Origin: Candidatus Hodarchaeota archaeon
GTDB taxonomy: Archaea; Asgardarchaeota; Lokiarchaeia; Sigyniarchaeales; SOKP01
Direction of reading: 5' to 3'
Assembly (NCBI GenBank): GCA_048886685.1
Contig: JBHLKM010000010.1
Coordinates: forward strand, 106,106 to 170,105
DNA: 64,000 bases
This document shows positions 41,025 through 50,613 of this stretch, in pieces. Every line of letters begins with the position of its first letter. The first letter of the stretch is position 1. The notes under the pieces were generated by a model. That model had not been told where the DNA came from. It saw only the letters and a list, made by a program, of their open reading frames with translations, and searched no databases. Made by a program: the position numbers and the translations under genes.

Positions 41025-41350
41025 TATTTTTAACTTTATTTTTAAAGAGGATATTGTTCTTGGAAGAAATTAAGAATTTATCTAAGAAATTAGAAGATAA
41101 CTCTGAAGAAGAAAGGAAAAAGATCTGGAAAATTATTATTAAGAAAAATAGAGCCTAATTTAATAAGAAAAATAAAGAACTAAACAAAATTTTAAAAAAA
41201 GATTAAATTCTGACTAACAAATTAATCAATCTTCAGAAGATAATATTGGCATATATATAAAGAATCGTGAAAGAGGGATTTCACGAACTTTTTCTATGTT
41301 ATTTCTGAAATATTTTAAATAACTTCTAGTACTTAATACTAAGAACTCAC

Positions 41351-41767
41351 ATGAAAAATGTCTCATTGGTTGAAAGAATACCAAGCGTACAAGAATATCT
41401 TGCTTTAAGAAGAGCAATCAATTGGAAAATTATTGATGAAGTGACATGTAAGAAAGGATTGCAAGGATCTCTTTATTGTGTCTGTGCAGAACTAAATGAT
41501 GATATAATCGGAATGGCTAGAGTTATCGGAGATTCTGGGATATATTTTTACATTCAAGACGTTATAGTTTTACCTCAATATCAAAAAATGGGAATTGGTA
41601 CATTAATGATGAAAAATGTAATGAATTTTCTAGGCAATACTATATCACCTCTAACTGTAGTTGGATTAATGGCATCAAAAGGTAAAGAACCATTCTATGA
41701 AAAATTTGGTTTTAACAAGAGACCCTCCGAAAGACGGGGACATGGAATGTTTAGAATTTGGAAGTGA
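41351..41767 (+). CDS. GNAT family N-acetyltransferase
   Basis: IGMARVIGD, DVIVLPQYQKMGIG, FYEKFGF. Confidence 0.93.
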   Translation: MKNVSLVERIPSVQEYLALRRAINWKIIDEVTCKKGLQGSLYCVCAELNDDIIGMARVIGDSGIYFYIQDVIVLPQYQKMGIGTLMMKNVMNFLGNTISPLTVVGLMASKGKEPFYEKFGFNKRPSERRGHGMFRIWK

Positions 41768-41981
41768 AACTTGCGATTAGACACGTTGAAATCATTAAAA
41801 CTTTAAAAAACTTTGATATAACAAAATTTATCATTAAAATTTTAGATAGTGATTGAGGTAATTCACAAAAAATTTAATGAAACCTTTTAAGTTATTTTTT
41901 CCATAACTTTCTTTAATAATATGAAGAATAAATTTATATAAATTCAATTGAAATTCAATTAATAAAAAGGAGTGAATTATA

Positions 41982-42428
41982 ATGAAAGTACTTATAGTTT
42001 ACGACACAAAATACGGAAACACTCGAAAAGTGGCTGAATTAATTGGCGAGGGCCTCAAAACCATTGAAGAAAATGAGGTCACAATTGCAAATGTGAAAGA
42101 GATTGATCTGAATAAAGATCAGATTTATGATTTAATACTTGTTGGTTCTCCAAATCATATGGGGACTCATACGGAATCTGTTAGGAAATTCATAAAGGGT
42201 CTTCGCGACGCTTTATTAAAGGGAAAATCTTTTGCAGTATTTGATACGTATATGTCAAAGGATTATGAAAAAGCAGTAAAGAGAATGGAAAAGCAAATTA
42301 ATATGGTTATACCAAATATGGCTAGAGCAAGTTCTGGATTGTCTATTAAAGTTGGAGGGAAGAAAGGACCAATTGTGGAAGAAGATCTCCCTAAATGTAA
42401 AGAATTTGGAATTAGCCTTGCTAAATGA
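41982..42428 (+). CDS. Flavodoxin-like protein
   Basis: IVYDTKYGNT, GSP, AVFDT. Confidence 0.9.
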   Translation: MKVLIVYDTKYGNTRKVAELIGEGLKTIEENEVTIANVKEIDLNKDQIYDLILVGSPNHMGTHTESVRKFIKGLRDALLKGKSFAVFDTYMSKDYEKAVKRMEKQINMVIPNMARASSGLSIKVGGKKGPIVEEDLPKCKEFGISLAK

Positions 42429-42524
42429 TTTTTTTCCAAACCAAGAAAAAATCAAAAACATTTATTTTTTTGTTACTATTATTAATTTTATACCTTAAGC
42501 TTTAACTAATAAGAGGGGTAGAAT

Positions 42525-43400
42525 ATGCCTAAATGTAAATTTTATATTGTGGATGTTTTCGCTGAAAGAAGACTCGAAGGAAATCAACTAGCTGTCTTTA
42601 TTTGTGAAAAGGGAATTCCAGATTCCGAAATGCAAAAAATTGCAAAAGAAATGAATTTCTCAGAGACCACGTTTATCACTTCAATTGAAAATTATGATGT
42701 TCGTATTTTTACACCCGACATGGAGTTACCTTTTGCTGGACACCCAACTTTAGGTACTGCTTTAGTTTTTCAGAAAGAAATAATAAAATCTAATATCAAA
42801 ACTCTTCTACTAAATCTTAAGATTGGTCAAATCCCCGTTTTATTTAAGTACAAATCTGGTAATACCGAAGAAATTTGGATGGAACAAAACGTTCCTGCGT
42901 TTGGACAATTTTATGATCCAGAACTCATTGCTAATACATTATTTTTAAGAGAGGACGATATTGATATCAGATTTCCTATTCAAGAAGTATCTACAGGATT
43001 ACCTTTTATTATTGTTCCATTGAAATCTCTAGATGCTTTAAAAAGAGCTCGGGTAGAACGAGAGAAGTTTTTTGACTTAATAGAAAATACAAGTGCTAAG
43101 TCGATTTTGATTTTTTGTCCCGAAACTTATAGAAAAGGAAATCATTTGAGTGTTCGCGTTTTTACTGAAGTTCCCGGATTCGAGGATCCCGCAACTGGTT
43201 CTGGAAATGGATGTTTAGCTTCGTATTTAGTACAACATCAATATTTTGGCAAAAATAGTGTTGATATTAGAGTAGAACAAGGTTATGAAATTGGTAGGCA
43301 AAGCTTACTATTGTTAAGAGCAGAAGAAAAAGAAGGTCAGATTAATGTCTCTGTAGGGGGAAAAGCATTTATTATTGCTCGAGGAGAATTTATAGATTAA
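42525..43400 (+). CDS. PhzF family isomerase
   Basis: VDVF, GNQLAV, NFSETTF, RIFTP..ELPFAGHPT, EDPATGS. Confidence 0.94.
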   Translation: MPKCKFYIVDVFAERRLEGNQLAVFICEKGIPDSEMQKIAKEMNFSETTFITSIENYDVRIFTPDMELPFAGHPTLGTALVFQKEIIKSNIKTLLLNLKIGQIPVLFKYKSGNTEEIWMEQNVPAFGQFYDPELIANTLFLREDDIDIRFPIQEVSTGLPFIIVPLKSLDALKRARVEREKFFDLIENTSAKSILIFCPETYRKGNHLSVRVFTEVPGFEDPATGSGNGCLASYLVQHQYFGKNSVDIRVEQGYEIGRQSLLLLRAEEKEGQINVSVGGKAFIIARGEFID

Positions 43401-43434
43401 AAAATTAAATAATTTAATTAATACTTATACTTTT

Positions 43435-44550
43435 TTAACTACTTGTTTTATAGGCCCCCACTTTTTTTGCCAATATCTCTACTTCCGTAGAGTTAGAGAA
43501 TAAAGCACAAGGAGAACCATTGGTTTCTAATAAATGTTCACTTTCTCTAATAACCTTAAATAATTGACTATCGAGACCAGCTTTCAAGGAGGATTTCGTC
43601 AGGTTATGTGTAGCAATATTCGAAACTGGACATGGGGTTAAGTCTCCTGAGGGTGTTACATGAGCGAATCCTCTACCAGCAGACACACATCCCCCCATAT
43701 ACTCTTCATCTCCAGGAGAGTGGACTAAGAAAATCTGTTTCGTTTCACGATAATTTAATACCTTTTTTCTAAACTCGATGCTTTCTTCTTCAGTTAGCAT
43801 TAATTCATTATCATTATCTACTGGGATATATTCAAGTAGAAAAGCCAAACGTACTCCTTTTGATATCAAATCATCGAGGTTTTCTGATTTCATCCAAAAT
43901 TTAAAATTATTGCGATTAATAGTGACTGAAATTCCACTTATAACTCCAATTTCATCTAAGTTATTAATAGTACTTAACACTTTTTCATAAACACCATATC
44001 CTCTTCTTGAATTTGTTAATTCCTGATCTCCTTCAATACTTACTATAATTATTGTATTTTTTTGACGTTTTAATTTCTTATAGTCTTCTTCTCCTAAAAT
44101 TGTTCCATTTGTAAATATCAAAAAGAGCCTATCTTTGAACTCCTTGCTGATTTGTAATAGATTTGGCATTAAAAAAGGTTCTCCACCTGCAATTATGAAT
44201 CCAAAAACTCCTAATTCAGAAGCTTCTTTAATAATTTCGATCCATTGCTCTAAATCGAGAGATTTATTTGTTTTATTATTACATAACGTTCCCGTTGCTG
44301 CAGCATAACAACCAGTACATTTAAGATTGCAGTTTGAAGTAATACTTAATATTAAAAAGGAAGGAACTTTTGTTCCCTGCAATAATTCTTCTATCCTTAT
44401 TCTACGACTCTTTTTATAAGCTCTTGCTAATCGCATCATCGCATACATGCTTTTTGGGTGTTTTAGAATCCAGGGCATGAAAATTTTGGCCATTTTAGAA
44501 TCTACTTTCATTAAGGTCTTATTAATAAATTTGGTCTCTTTATTTTCCAT
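43435..44550 (-). CDS. Radical SAM/SPASM(twitch) domain protein
   Basis: CNLKCTGC, GGEP, FTNG, GCVSAG...GDLTPCP. Confidence 0.9.
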   Translation of the reverse strand: MENKETKFINKTLMKVDSKMAKIFMPWILKHPKSMYAMMRLARAYKKSRRIRIEELLQGTKVPSFLILSITSNCNLKCTGCYAAATGTLCNNKTNKSLDLEQWIEIIKEASELGVFGFIIAGGEPFLMPNLLQISKEFKDRLFLIFTNGTILGEEDYKKLKRQKNTIIIVSIEGDQELTNSRRGYGVYEKVLSTINNLDEIGVISGISVTINRNNFKFWMKSENLDDLISKGVRLAFLLEYIPVDNDNELMLTEEESIEFRKKVLNYRETKQIFLVHSPGDEEYMGGCVSAGRGFAHVTPSGDLTPCPVSNIATHNLTKSSLKAGLDSQLFKVIRESEHLLETNGSPCALFSNSTEVEILAKKVGAYKTSS

Positions 44551-44757
44551 AATTCTTTTCTATATAATCCATTTATTTTTAGTAAATAGTAAAATTAATC
44601 TTAAAATATAATTTCAGTAGTCCATTTTTTAAGAACTATAACTAAAAATACATAAATGTCAAATATACATCTTGATTTTATGTAATTGCAAATTATCTTA
44701 TGTATTTTAAAAGAATTCTTACTCTAATACAATAGTTTTAAAGCGATAACATTCATT

Positions 44758-46746
44758 TTATACATTCGGAATTACATATACTTTCTTTACAATTTTATTG
44801 ACGAAGTGTTTTATTTTTTCTTCAGTTTTAGTTCTTGGTACGAATAGAGTTCCATTATTGGTATAACCAAATAATTTATCCATTATAGATCTTGGTTTAT
44901 GAACCATTGTTTTAATTGTTTTTATTAAATAATCTACATCAGATTTCTTATTTTCAATACCAATACTTATTCTTAATGTCCCCGGAAGACACATTGCTGT
45001 TCTTTTTGGAAATATCAACGATGTCATTCTTGCCCCAAGAATTCTGATTTTTTGGATTTTAAGGATTTTTTGAATTAATATATGAGCACAAAAACAACCA
45101 TTTCGAACTCCAATCCCGCCGTATTCTGCAAGTTCCTTTGCTGCAACATTATGAGGAACTTTTGCTAAATTGAATGAGATAATACTACCTCGCTTACTAA
45201 TATTATAAGAATTTAAAACATCTATTCCAAAGATTTTTACATCTTCTATTTTCCTTAAACCATCTATGGCAATTTCGATCAAATTATTCTCGTAATCTTC
45301 AATTTTTTCAATCCCAATCTTTTCCAGAAGCAATATTGCCTTCCCTAATGTAGCAATTCCAACAACATTTTCTTCACCAGATAATTTAATCTTCATTATC
45401 TCATTAGGATTATACCTTATTAATCTTTTTTTCACCACTAGTACTCCAGTACCGAATGGAGCATAGATTTTATGCCCCGAAAAGGTAAAATAATCGATAT
45501 CAATATCAGAAATATTAATCTTATGATGAGCTACTAATTGAGCTGCATCAATAAGCATTTTTGCACCATATTTATGCACAATTTCACTAATTGCTTTAAG
45601 ATCATTACGTGTACCAAGAACATTAGAGGCTGCACTCACAGAGACTAGTTCTACCTTTCTAGTTTTAAGTTTAGCATTTTGATTATATTTACGGAGCAAA
45701 TCCTCTAGTTCATTCGAATTTATAAATCCATCGTCATCAACAGAAATCCTCATTAAGTTAGTGTTTGGAATGTAACGGAAGGGAAGTTCATTGGAGTGAT
45801 GTTCCAGCTCTGTATTAATTATAACTGATTTTTTATTCTTTTTAGGCTTTATTGCCAAATTACGAGCTACTATATTTATTGCTTCGGTTGTATTTAGTGA
45901 AAAGATTATATCATATTTATCCAATGGTGCGTTTAAAAATTTGGAGATGATCTCTTTTACATCATGTATAATGTCTTTATGAATTTCCTTTGATTGCCTT
46001 AATGTTTTACAAAAGACTTTCCAAATTGGTGAAAACGTTGGAGTACTTGCAGCATTATCTAAATTAATAAAATGTTTTATTCCTTCTAATGTTGGAACCT
46101 TAATATTATGCCCTACTAATAATTTTTGAAGCTCATGTAATAATTCTATTCCAGAGAATTTATCTAATTCATCATGATATAAAATTTCATGTGAAGTTTC
46201 TTCCCAATTAGGTATTCGTATTTTGAACACTTTATCAGGATTTTTAATCAATTGAAGAATTACTGCAAATGCAATAATATTCAGTATATTAGGTGTACCT
46301 GCCTCAAATCTTTCGGGAGGATCTGCCCAAATAACATATTTAGAAGTAACATGCTTGATCATTCCACCACCAGTAAAGATTACAGAGCATTTACGAAGAA
46401 CTCTTTTTTTAACAGCAATAGCTCTTACTCCTAGTGGTAATTCAAAATCTCTACTAGATAAAATGAAATAATCTGTAGAATTAAGTTGAGTTTTAAATAT
46501 TTCTAATCTAAGAGGGCTACAAAATACTACGGTATATTTCTTATTATTTAATTGTAAATAATCTAGAATGATCACTCTTGCTTGTTCATATAAAGCAGTA
46601 GTAGCCAATGAATTATGACCAGTGCCTCTATGAACATTAGAGTATGTCTTCAATGCTGTAAATAATGCTCTTTCCAACTCTTCAAAAGCATCATTGGTGT
46701 TGGTAGCTGAATTTTCATTTTGTACTAGATAATTCATTCCATTCAT
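44758..46746 (-). CDS. Class V aminotransferase / SufS-like cysteine desulfurase with a partially duplicated N-terminal module
   Basis: LDNAAST, NTTEAIN, EHHSN, DAAQ, SGHK (PLP Lys), RNGCFCA (catalytic Cys); extra N-terminal module with YSNVHRG and FEAGTP. Confidence 0.88.
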   Translation of the reverse strand: MNGMNYLVQNENSATNTNDAFEELERALFTALKTYSNVHRGTGHNSLATTALYEQARVIILDYLQLNNKKYTVVFCSPLRLEIFKTQLNSTDYFILSSRDFELPLGVRAIAVKKRVLRKCSVIFTGGGMIKHVTSKYVIWADPPERFEAGTPNILNIIAFAVILQLIKNPDKVFKIRIPNWEETSHEILYHDELDKFSGIELLHELQKLLVGHNIKVPTLEGIKHFINLDNAASTPTFSPIWKVFCKTLRQSKEIHKDIIHDVKEIISKFLNAPLDKYDIIFSLNTTEAINIVARNLAIKPKKNKKSVIINTELEHHSNELPFRYIPNTNLMRISVDDDGFINSNELEDLLRKYNQNAKLKTRKVELVSVSAASNVLGTRNDLKAISEIVHKYGAKMLIDAAQLVAHHKINISDIDIDYFTFSGHKIYAPFGTGVLVVKKRLIRYNPNEIMKIKLSGEENVVGIATLGKAILLLEKIGIEKIEDYENNLIEIAIDGLRKIEDVKIFGIDVLNSYNISKRGSIISFNLAKVPHNVAAKELAEYGGIGVRNGCFCAHILIQKILKIQKIRILGARMTSLIFPKRTAMCLPGTLRISIGIENKKSDVDYLIKTIKTMVHKPRSIMDKLFGYTNNGTLFVPRTKTEEKIKHFVNKIVKKVYVIPNV

Positions 46747-48290
46747 TTTATGTTTTTTATTTCAAACAAGCAAGTTGGATCCGATGTTATATTACTACCG
46801 GATGATATAAAAGCTTTTGCTCTACATCCACCACATATAGTTTTAAAATTACATTTTCCACATTGACCTTCATACTTTAAACCACGATATTGATTTAAAA
46901 TTGGTGAAGCTTGCCAAATTTTTTGAATGTGATGCTTTTTGACATTTCCAAGATACACAGGATTTAGAGGACAAGGTGTAACATCTCCATTTGACTTAAT
47001 ATGCATTGTAAAGACACCACATTCACAGCCTGTAATAAATGGAGAAAATGGGCTTTGTTTGCTAAAAACGCCATCACTAAGTCTCTCTGAAAAATTAAAG
47101 TATGATATTGCTTCACGTGAGAAGATACTTTTAAAAAAAGGAGCAATAATTACTTTTGGGAATCTTTGAGCTAAAATTCGTGCAAAAACAGGATTCTTAT
47201 ATGAAAGAGTTAACGGATAGTCTTCATTCATTAGATTTTGCCAAATATCGCATAGAATAACACTAAATTTCTCGATCTGGAACGGAGTTAAAGTTATATG
47301 TACTTGCGAAGATGCCTTGCCAGAGGGAACAAAATCAATAATTTCAAATTTTTGAACCTTTAAAGATTTAGCTAAATCGACTAATTCATAGATCTGATGG
47401 ACATTCTGTTTGGTAATTGTAGTCCCTATACATGTATATAAGCCTTCATTTAGACAATGTTTTATTGCTGAAATTGCTTTTTCAAAGGTACCGATGCCAC
47501 GTATTTGTTCGTGAACATCTTTTAACCCATCGATACTTACTTGAACATATCCAACACCAATCTCTTTTAATTGTTTAGCCTTTTTCTCATCGATTAGGGT
47601 GCCATTAGAAGCAAGCGCAACATTAACATTTTTACCCGAAGCATATCTCATAAGTTTAAATATATCGTCTCTAAGTAGAGCTTCTCCACCAAAAAAAATT
47701 AAAATGAAATTTTTTGCTTCAGCTAATTGGTCAATGATGTTACATGCTTTATTATAGGATATCTCATCCAAATCCTGGTCAACATAACAATGAGTGCATT
47801 TTAAATTACACCGTTGAGTCACTGACCAGAATACTACAGGAGGTCCTATCGGGATGGTTGGCATTTTAAAACCATACATACCAATTCCTTCTATATAGGA
47901 TAGTGCTAGTCGTTTTAAAGCCTCATTTTCTTTTAAAATCTTCGGAAATCTCTTTTTAGGTATATTTAAACTTCGACTTACTGCATTCAGCACGAAGGAA
48001 ATTAAAGTCGTAGAGATAATAGTTTTATATCTACATTTCTTACATTTAATTTTTTTGGTTATGTAGTAATCTATAAAGATTTCGGAAAATTTACGTTCAC
48101 AAGATGGACAATGTTTATTAAATAGATGAAAAAATTTGGTTATATGAAATCTATTTATGATATTCCAAATTAAAAGGTCTAACTTTATAACCTTTATTTT
48201 AGCTTTAATATCTAATAATCTATCTGGGAATTTTTGATTTTCAATTTCTAATAATTGGAGATGATCAATCTTAGGGTATATTTGAACCAA
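46743..48290 (-). CDS. Radical SAM/SPASM domain protein (NirJ/AhbD-like) with N-terminal CxxC pair
   Basis: CNLKCTHC, GGE, SNG, SIDG, SPASM C...PCP...CGKC....CGGCRA...DPTC; stop overlaps the next start (ATGA). Confidence 0.9.
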   Translation of the reverse strand: MVQIYPKIDHLQLLEIENQKFPDRLLDIKAKIKVIKLDLLIWNIINRFHITKFFHLFNKHCPSCERKFSEIFIDYYITKKIKCKKCRYKTIISTTLISFVLNAVSRSLNIPKKRFPKILKENEALKRLALSYIEGIGMYGFKMPTIPIGPPVVFWSVTQRCNLKCTHCYVDQDLDEISYNKACNIIDQLAEAKNFILIFFGGEALLRDDIFKLMRYASGKNVNVALASNGTLIDEKKAKQLKEIGVGYVQVSIDGLKDVHEQIRGIGTFEKAISAIKHCLNEGLYTCIGTTITKQNVHQIYELVDLAKSLKVQKFEIIDFVPSGKASSQVHITLTPFQIEKFSVILCDIWQNLMNEDYPLTLSYKNPVFARILAQRFPKVIIAPFFKSIFSREAISYFNFSERLSDGVFSKQSPFSPFITGCECGVFTMHIKSNGDVTPCPLNPVYLGNVKKHHIQKIWQASPILNQYRGLKYEGQCGKCNFKTICGGCRAKAFISSGSNITSDPTCLFEIKNIK

Positions 48291-48491
48291 TTTTAATCAG
48301 CAAAAATTTTATTATATATTTCGTCTATTCCCTTATTTAATCTTACACTTATTAAAAATAAGATTTTTTGAACGACTTTTTTGTAGATTCTATAGAAAAT
48401 CTTATAATTCTAAGAGAAATAACATATAAGAGCAATTTTTATATAGAACTATATCAAAAAATAACATATATTTAATAAATCGTTGAAAAAG

Positions 48492-49856
48492 ATGACGGTA
48501 AAAGTAGCTTTTATGCAATTGAGTAGTTGTTGGGGGTGTCATCAGAGTCTCTTGAATGCACACCTCGGGCTATTACCCGTATTTCCTGAGTTGGAGATCG
48601 TATATTGGCCAGCAGTGGTGGATTACAAACTCGATTCTTTAAAAGCAAGGGAAGAGGGTGAGATAGAAGTTGGAATAGTTGAAGGTGCTGTAAGAACAAA
48701 ACAAGATCTAGAAAACTTGAAATTAATGAGAGAGAAGTGTAAATTTCTTTCTACATTTGGAACTTGTGCATGCCAGGGTGGTGTGATTGCTATGGCAAAT
48801 AATTATCGATTGGAAGATTTAATAAATCGAAAATTTAAGGAACTTGAATCTATAACTACGGAAAATCCAAAAGAACCAACCTCTTATCTTCCTGGCTTTG
48901 AAGTATCTGTTAAAGGTATTGACGATTGCATAAATATTGATGCATATTTTGTGGGTTGTCCCCCTAGGGCGGAAGCAATAGTAAGTAATATACTTTCTTT
49001 ATTAGGGAAGACATCATTTCCTATGACAGATAATACCTACTGTGATGAATGTATACTATATGATTCTGGGTGTCTTTTGGACTCAGGAACTCTTTGTTTT
49101 GGTCCAATAACTAGCTCTGGCTGCATTACAAAATGCACAAGTAAAAAAACAGCATGCGTGGGTTGTCGAGGTCCTTCAACCATTTTATCTTCAAAGGTGG
49201 AAAAATTAAAAGAGATTATTAATAATCTGGATAATCTAAATGGTTCAAATAGAAAAATTCTACATGAATTATATCCCCTATTCCTTAATCTTCCAATGTT
49301 CGCCAATTTTCTCTTGGTAGGACCTACTCTTCCTCAAATGCCTTCAGAAACGGAAGAAATTATAGTAAAAACTGTTGATTTCTTACGATTCGAAAGATTT
49401 CCTAAGAGACTTAAGCTTTCCTCCGATTTCATTCCACTATCAAATGTTTGTGATACTTGTGGAAGAATTAGGGGAAGGATGACAATGGTGAGAGTTAAAA
49501 GAGACTATGAAGGATTACCAAATGAAGAGGATTGTTTTATAGAGCAGGGTTATGTTTGTTTAGGACCAAGAACTAATGCAGGATGCGGAGCACAATGTAT
49601 AAATGCAAATGCACCCTGTACGGGATGTTATGCTCCGATAGATTATGGTTTCAAGCATGGAAGGTATCGAGAGGATGCATGGGCTGAAATAGTAGTGAAC
49701 GAATTTAATGTTAGTCTTTCAAAAGCAGAATTATTATCCCAAATAAAGGATCATATAGGGACTTTTGAGAAATTTTCTTTAGGGAAAAATCCACAATATA
49801 AGGAGGGTTATAAGGGTAGGCTTACCGGTCAATGGTGGCTTGAAAAAACGGAATAA
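48492..49856 (+). CDS. mvhG: F420-non-reducing [NiFe] hydrogenase small subunit (MvhG/VhuG-like) with duplicated C-terminal Fe-S domain
   Basis: SCWGC, EGAVR, GTCACQGG, GCPP, then two CxxC...C...CxGP.T..GC...C.....CxGC blocks. Confidence 0.85.
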   Translation: MTVKVAFMQLSSCWGCHQSLLNAHLGLLPVFPELEIVYWPAVVDYKLDSLKAREEGEIEVGIVEGAVRTKQDLENLKLMREKCKFLSTFGTCACQGGVIAMANNYRLEDLINRKFKELESITTENPKEPTSYLPGFEVSVKGIDDCINIDAYFVGCPPRAEAIVSNILSLLGKTSFPMTDNTYCDECILYDSGCLLDSGTLCFGPITSSGCITKCTSKKTACVGCRGPSTILSSKVEKLKEIINNLDNLNGSNRKILHELYPLFLNLPMFANFLLVGPTLPQMPSETEEIIVKTVDFLRFERFPKRLKLSSDFIPLSNVCDTCGRIRGRMTMVRVKRDYEGLPNEEDCFIEQGYVCLGPRTNAGCGAQCINANAPCTGCYAPIDYGFKHGRYREDAWAEIVVNEFNVSLSKAELLSQIKDHIGTFEKFSLGKNPQYKEGYKGRLTGQWWLEKTE

Positions 49857-50088
49857 ATAAAAATATAGTTTTTATTAAAAATAATCTAATTTGTCGTCTT
49901 CAATTCGATGATCTTATTATGTTTAAAATTCTCGATTTCATCCACCTAAAATTATAAGTATTCCAGAATATATCCTCCTAATATCAATATTGCTACTGTT
50001 GTTAATAATAGTTATTGCATTAAACTATTTTTTATTTAAGAATTTTCTAACTAAACTATCGAAAGGAGAATTTACTATTAAGAGAAAT

Positions 50089-50595
50089 ATGAATAATAGA
50101 ACAGAAAATAAAATAATAGATGATTTTCCATTATTAGGGGTTGGTCCTAAAATATTGATAACTTTTACTCCATTTATGATTGTATTTGGGTTGTTGAATT
50201 CCATATGTTATCCAATTTTTAAAATTACGATGCTTTATTATTGGATGTTTATAATTGGATTAATTCTTTTAATATTTGGTGTTCTCATATTTATATATTC
50301 TGAAAGAATCATTAAATCAGCGTATGCTACATCAGAATTAGTAACCACAAAGATTTATGCATATGTAAGGCATCCTATGTACGCGGTTTGGGGATTAGCA
50401 ATGCTTCCAGGGATTATTTGTTTTTTTAATAGTTGGTTTCTTTTTATACTTCTTCCCATCTATTATTTAATAGTTAGAATATTTATCAGAAAAGAAGAAA
50501 CATTTTTAGTAAAAAAATTTGGAGAAGATTATGTTAACTATAAAAAACGAGTGAATGCTTTCTTTCCCAAATTAAAAAAATATATACCCGAATAA
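50089..50595 (+). CDS. Isoprenylcysteine carboxylmethyltransferase (ICMT/PEMT) family membrane protein
   Basis: LVT..IYAYVRHPMY, EE..L...FG..Y..Y...V..FFP; ATG 50089 preferred. Confidence 0.88.
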   Translation: MNNRTENKIIDDFPLLGVGPKILITFTPFMIVFGLLNSICYPIFKITMLYYWMFIIGLILLIFGVLIFIYSERIIKSAYATSELVTTKIYAYVRHPMYAVWGLAMLPGIICFFNSWFLFILLPIYYLIVRIFIRKEETFLVKKFGEDYVNYKKRVNAFFPKLKKYIPE

Positions 50596-50613
50596 AAATA
50601 AAATATTCAAGAT

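Noticed and set aside
48492-49856. Selenocysteine recoding in the hydrogenase subunit
   Set aside because: ORF is continuous with Cys at all motif positions; no in-frame TGA
41024-50600. Integrated element at tRNA-Gly
   Set aside because: No integrase or transposase and no duplicated tRNA 3' end seen; genes look like ordinary accessory metabolism
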